From Candidatus Hermodarchaeota archaeon (GTDB taxonomy: Archaea > Asgardarchaeota > Lokiarchaeia > Sigyniarchaeales > SOKP01): a DNA stretch of 39,929 nt. The stretch is from positions 1 through 39,929 of the forward strand of contig JBHLLO010000003.1 of NCBI GenBank assembly GCA_048885535.1, read 5' to 3'. The position numbers and the translations under genes were made by a program. Below, piece after piece: positions 35,127-39,929 of this stretch. The notes under the pieces are model-generated. The model searched no databases, was not told where the DNA came from, and saw only the letters and a list, made by a program, of their open reading frames with translations. Every line of letters begins with the position of its first letter. The stretch's first letter is position 1.

Positions 35127-38090
35127 TTATTGAAATACTAGAATTAATCCTACTGAAGATTCATATAGGATCTCGTTATTAACAATTAAAATCCATTTGT
35201 AGAAGATAATAATATTTCCTTTTGATGTGTTTAAGAATCCTGTTAAAGTGATCCCTTGTCCAAAATAGAGAGTTGTATCTACAACTGTGAAATTCGTATA
35301 AGTATATGGATCTACTATATAAGTTGTATTTTCAATAGGATACATATTAGGAGGTAATATTAAACTAAAATTGACATTATTGGTTGTTGAGGTGTAGACT
35401 GTTAAATTTACCATGACGTTTAATCCAGGAGCTGAAAAATTTGTATCTAAATTTTGTAAGTTTATAGAAAATCTTGCAGGATCATTAGGGAATGTTATTG
35501 ATGATTCTATCTCAAATTCATAAGATAGTGATATATTTGAAGGTGGAACTTCACCTGAAATATTAAGATTATTATATGCAATCTCAACATTACTTCCATA
35601 ACCTACTTTTCGAGTAAACGCATCAACAAATCCAACTAATTTTAGTTGTTGTAGATCTCCTGCTGTACTATAAGTTGGTATATAATAATAAATTGAATCT
35701 CCAAGAGGATATAACAGTATATTGCCACTTCTAGCACCGGAAATTAAAGTTATTTCTTGGGTTGCTTCGGAGAGATAGGTTTCATTAGCTGATTTTGGAC
35801 CAATTAAAGTTTTATCAGAATTTCTTGTCGCATAGAATATTGCTTCTCCAAAATGGTTTCCATGCCTGACAACATACATCCCGGCAAGCACTATTGCTGA
35901 ACGTCCTTTATATTCAACTAGATCTAATCCAACATATTCAATACCCTCACCTAAATCAGTTTCAATATAAAACAAATCTCCTTTAATTGGCCTTTCATGA
36001 AAATCATCTTCTCTTCTCCATGTTGTAGGGTTTTGGACATGATATATATAATTAGCTTCTAATTGTAATTCGAATAGATCTTCTGGATATCTCATTTGTT
36101 CTCTCAACCAGAGAGGAGCGTCTTGCCAATCATATTTAGCAATAGAAGTATATATTCTCCAAAGAGCATAAGTAGGATCATTGCTAGTGTTTAAACTGGG
36201 ATTTCTATAAAATTCTAATTCCCCTGTTTTAACGTCTATTAAACACACACCTAAAAATCTTAATATTGGAAACTTTGCATAGGACCCAATATTGATATGA
36301 GTATATATTGAAACAGCATAATACATCTTTCCTTTTTTAATATCAAAAACTAAATATGGATCAGTATCAATCTTAAGATTTGGAAATAAGGTATTTCCAA
36401 CTCGTGTCTTAACATTTCGATTAATCAAATATTCATGTAATTCTTGGGTTGAATAAGCTAACAAACCTAGATTTAGTGTTTTCCAGAAACCTTCTAGACC
36501 AGTAAGTACTCCATCAGGGGCACCATTATAAAGAAATTCGTTATTTGGGATCCCTTCAGCCCATTCGGTTCCTAGCAAAATATCTGAATCGTAAGCCCCT
36601 AAGGATCCTTCTTCGTAATAACCTTGAGTTCTTTCTAAGAATTTTCTACTTTCACTTTCACCGAAAAATATAGGGTAGTTCTCCGATATATTGAATATTA
36701 ACGAGACATTAACTAAATTACCAGAAAATGTATCCATTGCTAAGAAACCTTCAACATGATCATATAACTCTGTATTTGTCTGCACAGGATCTCCTGTTAT
36801 TTGAGAAAATCTAATAGTTTTAGGAGCTACCCAATATTCACTGGTATGGTTCGTGTAAGGATTTCTAATGTAAACTATATCTGAATCTGCTAAACCTTCA
36901 AAAGTAGATCCTATTGAAGCGGCCAAATATTGAACAGCAAAATCTTGATCGAACTGTCTAATATTTGATCTAATAGTAGCATCGTCAGTTATAGGTGATT
37001 CGGTGAAATTTTCAATTGTACGTTCCTTAAACATATTTAGTCCAGCACAATCTCTTGTCCAATCAATTTCTCTGCGAATCTTTTTATTCCACTCCTGTTC
37101 AATCCATACATCAGTATTATTTAGGCTAAGTGCTGGTCCAATACTAATCAATAAAGGTACAATAATAAAAATTATGATTACTGCACCTATTACGATTATT
37201 TTCCTCCTCATTTGTCTTGGAAGAATGTAATTCTTAGAATTTTTACGATATAAGAGCCTTCCATATATATAAATAAGAATACCTAAAACATTTAAGACTA
37301 TGAAGGCAAATATTACGGACCACATTTGAATGAGGTTTATCCCATTTAATGCCTGCGTAGGTAGAGAAAAGAACCATATCCCAAAAAGCAAACCACCTAT
37401 TATAAGTGCGTTTGCTGTTATATAAAAATCATTTCTCCTAAGATAAAGATTTTTTGCTATATTTAAAATTATTCTAAAAATAAGTATGCAAATTGTAAAA
37501 ACAATAATTGGAAATATTAGATTTCCATAAATGAAGATGCTTATAAAATCCTTACTGTTTTCATCCAAAATTACCCTAAATGCATCAATTATAATATTAG
37601 GACTCAGTTGGATTTCCCCTTTTTCAATTAGATAAGCTGTCCAAGCGAAAGATTGACCATTAATATTGAGGGTAAAACCTAATAAATAGAAAATAATAAA
37701 ACCAACAGTCCACCAAAAAACAAGTGATTTAATATAAGAGGGTTTTCCAAATCTTAAACGTGTACCAATTATCGTTAATAGGATCCTATCTGGAGGGATA
37801 CTCATAATAATACATCCTATCAAGGCTCCAATTAAAGAAGTCCAATTAAAAAAGAAATTTGAAGACCAAAAATTTATAAAATGCACGTCTAAGAAATTAG
37901 TATGTGCTTTTGATTGATAAAGCTGAATCTGAAGATTAATTGGTCCAATCCAAGAGGGCCATAACCAGAAAATTATTAAAATAATTAAAATTCCAACTAT
38001 GATTAAAGAGCCTAATAATAGCTTTTTTAATCTAGGTTTTTTTTGGAATGGGTTATACTTAAACCTTGAAGACTTAATTTTTTCATTCAT
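35127..38090 (-). CDS. UPF0182-family membrane protein
   Basis: N-terminal multi-TM region, EIDWTR..AGL, YDHVEG, PIFFGE, DTDPYLV, MRYPEDLFELQ, GNILLYP; beta-rich C-terminal tail. Confidence 0.8.
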   Translation of the reverse strand: MNEKIKSSRFKYNPFQKKPRLKKLLLGSLIIVGILIILIIFWLWPSWIGPINLQIQLYQSKAHTNFLDVHFINFWSSNFFFNWTSLIGALIGCIIMSIPPDRILLTIIGTRLRFGKPSYIKSLVFWWTVGFIIFYLLGFTLNINGQSFAWTAYLIEKGEIQLSPNIIIDAFRVILDENSKDFISIFIYGNLIFPIIVFTICILIFRIILNIAKNLYLRRNDFYITANALIIGGLLFGIWFFSLPTQALNGINLIQMWSVIFAFIVLNVLGILIYIYGRLLYRKNSKNYILPRQMRRKIIVIGAVIIIFIIVPLLISIGPALSLNNTDVWIEQEWNKKIRREIDWTRDCAGLNMFKERTIENFTESPITDDATIRSNIRQFDQDFAVQYLAASIGSTFEGLADSDIVYIRNPYTNHTSEYWVAPKTIRFSQITGDPVQTNTELYDHVEGFLAMDTFSGNLVNVSLIFNISENYPIFFGESESRKFLERTQGYYEEGSLGAYDSDILLGTEWAEGIPNNEFLYNGAPDGVLTGLEGFWKTLNLGLLAYSTQELHEYLINRNVKTRVGNTLFPNLKIDTDPYLVFDIKKGKMYYAVSIYTHINIGSYAKFPILRFLGVCLIDVKTGELEFYRNPSLNTSNDPTYALWRIYTSIAKYDWQDAPLWLREQMRYPEDLFELQLEANYIYHVQNPTTWRREDDFHERPIKGDLFYIETDLGEGIEYVGLDLVEYKGRSAIVLAGMYVVRHGNHFGEAIFYATRNSDKTLIGPKSANETYLSEATQEITLISGARSGNILLYPLGDSIYYYIPTYSTAGDLQQLKLVGFVDAFTRKVGYGSNVEIAYNNLNISGEVPPSNISLSYEFEIESSITFPNDPARFSINLQNLDTNFSAPGLNVMVNLTVYTSTTNNVNFSLILPPNMYPIENTTYIVDPYTYTNFTVVDTTLYFGQGITLTGFLNTSKGNIIIFYKWILIVNNEILYESSVGLILVFQ

Positions 38091-38236
38091 ATTAATTTCG
38101 TTTGAAACGGATATATCTATGAAATTATTATACTTCTTTACTTAAAAATAAAAACATCAAATTATATTTAGATTATAAAATGCTTTAATAATTAAGATGA
38201 TTACCATTATTAAGGATTTTTGTTATAAGATTTAAG

Positions 38237-38641
38237 GTGATATTAATGGGCAAAAAGAAGAAAATTCGGGAAGAATTTGAAGAAGTCTTTAAAAGTGGTA
38301 ATGAAAAAGTTATTAAGAAAATGTTAGACAAATATCCATGGCTACTTGATGAAGTTTCTACAGAAATGAACAAAGTAATGGGAGATCAACACCAAGTCAT
38401 TTCTGCTTTAGGAATTATGGAAGATGAACTTGGTAGCTCCGTACCTATCGATGAAATTGCATTTTCTCTCAAAACTGATTTCGATATTCGTATGAGTGAG
38501 GAGGAAATACTCAGAATTTTGACTGAAGTTGAAGAGCTTGGATTAGTGAGAAAAGATGTAAACGGGTGGTTATTAACAAGTGAAGGGGGAAAAATTTGTG
38601 ACGACTATCTTAACAAAAATCTTAACAGATTAGAATCTTAA
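38237..38641 (+). CDS. Hypothetical protein with C-terminal winged helix
   Basis: VPIDEIAFSL...EEEILRILTEVEELGLV...WLLTSEG wHTH pattern; likely start is ATG 38246. Confidence 0.7.
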   Translation: MILMGKKKKIREEFEEVFKSGNEKVIKKMLDKYPWLLDEVSTEMNKVMGDQHQVISALGIMEDELGSSVPIDEIAFSLKTDFDIRMSEEEILRILTEVEELGLVRKDVNGWLLTSEGGKICDDYLNKNLNRLES

Positions 38642-38760
38642 TAAAACCTGAAGAATTAAAGATAATTCTAAGGTTAAAATGATTTTTTAAGTAAGTATTA
38701 AATTGAGTTTATATATTTTAATTATTTTATGATAACTTGTAGAATTCTTTTTTTAATTTG

Positions 38761-39929
38761 ATGATTATCATGAATGAACAAAACAAAGATTCAAGAGGTG
38801 ATTTTGACGATAAGGATACTGAAATTCGAAAAAGTGATTTTGATACTTTCTTTGATGATTTAAACAATGTAGAGGAGGAAGTATTATCTGAAGCTTATGA
38901 TTTAGTAGTTCATGCCTTATCGTTAATCGAAGGGCATTACTATGATGACGCAATAGAGATATTACGCCAAGCAATAGGTTTATATAGCCAAATTAATAGA
39001 ATTGCTGAAATTGAAGCTCTTAATAACAAAATATCAGAGATCTATATATTAAAAGAGCAATTTTTTCGGGAAACTGTCTCGAAACCAATAGCAAAACCAC
39101 CACCGCAAGTGGATGAAGAAAATGAAATCTATAAATATGCAAAAGATTTGATTAGTAAAGGTAAAGAGCTTTTAGAGTCTGAAAAATTTGATGAGGTACT
39201 TGACAATTATGATGAGGCTATCATGTTATTTAAGGACTTGGGAGCTTCCGACGAAATTGAAAATGTAAATAAATTAATTGAGGAGTGTTATAACAAGAAG
39301 GCAGATTATCTTAAAAGAAGAAAGGAAAAAGCCCACCCTGTTCAAGAAGTTGCAAAAACTAAGGAAGCGGAGGAATTAAATGAAGAAGAATTAAAACGAC
39401 AGCGATTAAAAGCGTTTGAAGAGGCTAAAAAACGTGAGGAAGAGATTTCAAACAAGGCTTTCGAAATAATAGGTAAAGCTTCTGATCTTGCTGAGATTTA
39501 CCAATACGAACAATCTATAAACCTGTATCTAAGAGGTATAAAACTTTTTGAAGAAATTAATTGGGTGGATGAAGCTAAAAAAATTCAGACAACAATTGAA
39601 CAAATTGAAAAATTAAAAATAAAATATGAAAAAGAAATGGAACAACTAAAATTCCAAGAAGAAAAGACAAGGTTATTGCAAGAACAAGCCTCAGCGCAAA
39701 TGATGGAACAACCTCAAATGAAGCAAAATATGGAAACTCAAATTCAAGCCGAAAAGTTATCAGAAATGACAAAAAGGAAAAGTGAGGAAGAATCTTTCAG
39801 AAATATAATTACAGAAATGATTGACAAAGCGGAAAAATTAGCTCGAGAATACGATATAGAAATGAAAAAGGTCATTAAAAAAGGATATTTATTGGAAGAC
39901 TGTGTTTACCCAAAGGTTATTGCTATATA
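38761..39929 (+). CDS. Large helical-repeat/coiled-coil protein, runs off the 3' end (not in ORF track)
   Basis: Open frame from ATG 38761/38770 to the window end: EAYDLVVHALSLIEGHYYDDAIEILRQAIGLY..., AKDLISKGKELLESEKFDEVLDNYDEAIMLF..., KAFEIIGKASDLAEIYQYEQSINLYLRGIKLF, joined by E/K/Q-rich linkers. Confidence 0.88.
   Translation, partial: MIIMNEQNKDSRGDFDDKDTEIRKSDFDTFFDDLNNVEEEVLSEAYDLVVHALSLIEGHYYDDAIEILRQAIGLYSQINRIAEIEALNNKISEIYILKEQFFRETVSKPIAKPPPQVDEENEIYKYAKDLISKGKELLESEKFDEVLDNYDEAIMLFKDLGASDEIENVNKLIEECYNKKADYLKRRKEKAHPVQEVAKTKEAEELNEEELKRQRLKAFEEAKKREEEISNKAFEIIGKASDLAEIYQYEQSINLYLRGIKLFEEINWVDEAKKIQTTIEQIEKLKIKYEKEMEQLKFQEEKTRLLQEQASAQMMEQPQMKQNMETQIQAEKLSEMTKRKSEEESFRNIITEMIDKAEKLAREYDIEMKKVIKKGYLLEDCVYPKVIAI

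Noticed and set aside
27062-39772. ORFs 27062-27250, 27226-27411, 28110-28391, 29458-29682, 30923-31147, 31422-31637, 32881-33108, 37003-37230, 38185-38373, 38768-38974 and 39575-39772
   Set aside because: All overlap strongly supported genes and show no motifs.
1-39929. CRISPR array, IS/transposase, retron/DGR or prophage
   Set aside because: No regularly spaced repeats, reverse transcriptase, transposase or capsid-like ORFs were seen; the PolB is PolB2-type, not protein-primed or casposon-type.

Overview
AT-rich chromosomal window, most likely from an Asgard archaeon (Lokiarchaeia-like). The assignment is an inference from the archaeal proteasome alpha subunit, the PolB2 cassette, the TrmB regulator, a tRNA without encoded CCA, several Rab-like small GTPases and a longin-like domain. 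The window starts inside tRNA-Thr(UGU) and carries about 30 protein genes. Housekeeping and metabolic genes include an AlkP-family phosphodiesterase, an SDR, an M29 aminopeptidase, a GPH transporter, a DapL-like aminotransferase, a GH4 glycosidase, an acyl-CoA synthetase, a sirtuin, PsmA and UPF0182. The more unusual elements are: (1) a 2824-aa protein with roughly 85-90 hydrophobic segments, built partly from ~130-aa 4-TM repeats; (2) a Rab-like GTPase next to a Zn-finger/TPR/longin-like protein; (3) a probable catalytically dead Rab-like pseudo-GTPase fused to a Zn ribbon; (4) a PolB2/arCOG07300/inactive-RadA cassette in which both large proteins end in PIP-box-like motifs; (5) an unannotated 46-aa HpdC/BssC-like Fe-S miniprotein in a TrmB-GyrI locus; (6) repeated evidence for ATT/ATA start codons; (7) two hairpin-dense intergenic regions. 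I found no CRISPR array, transposase or integrase. All family assignments come from motif recognition by eye; no database searches were run.
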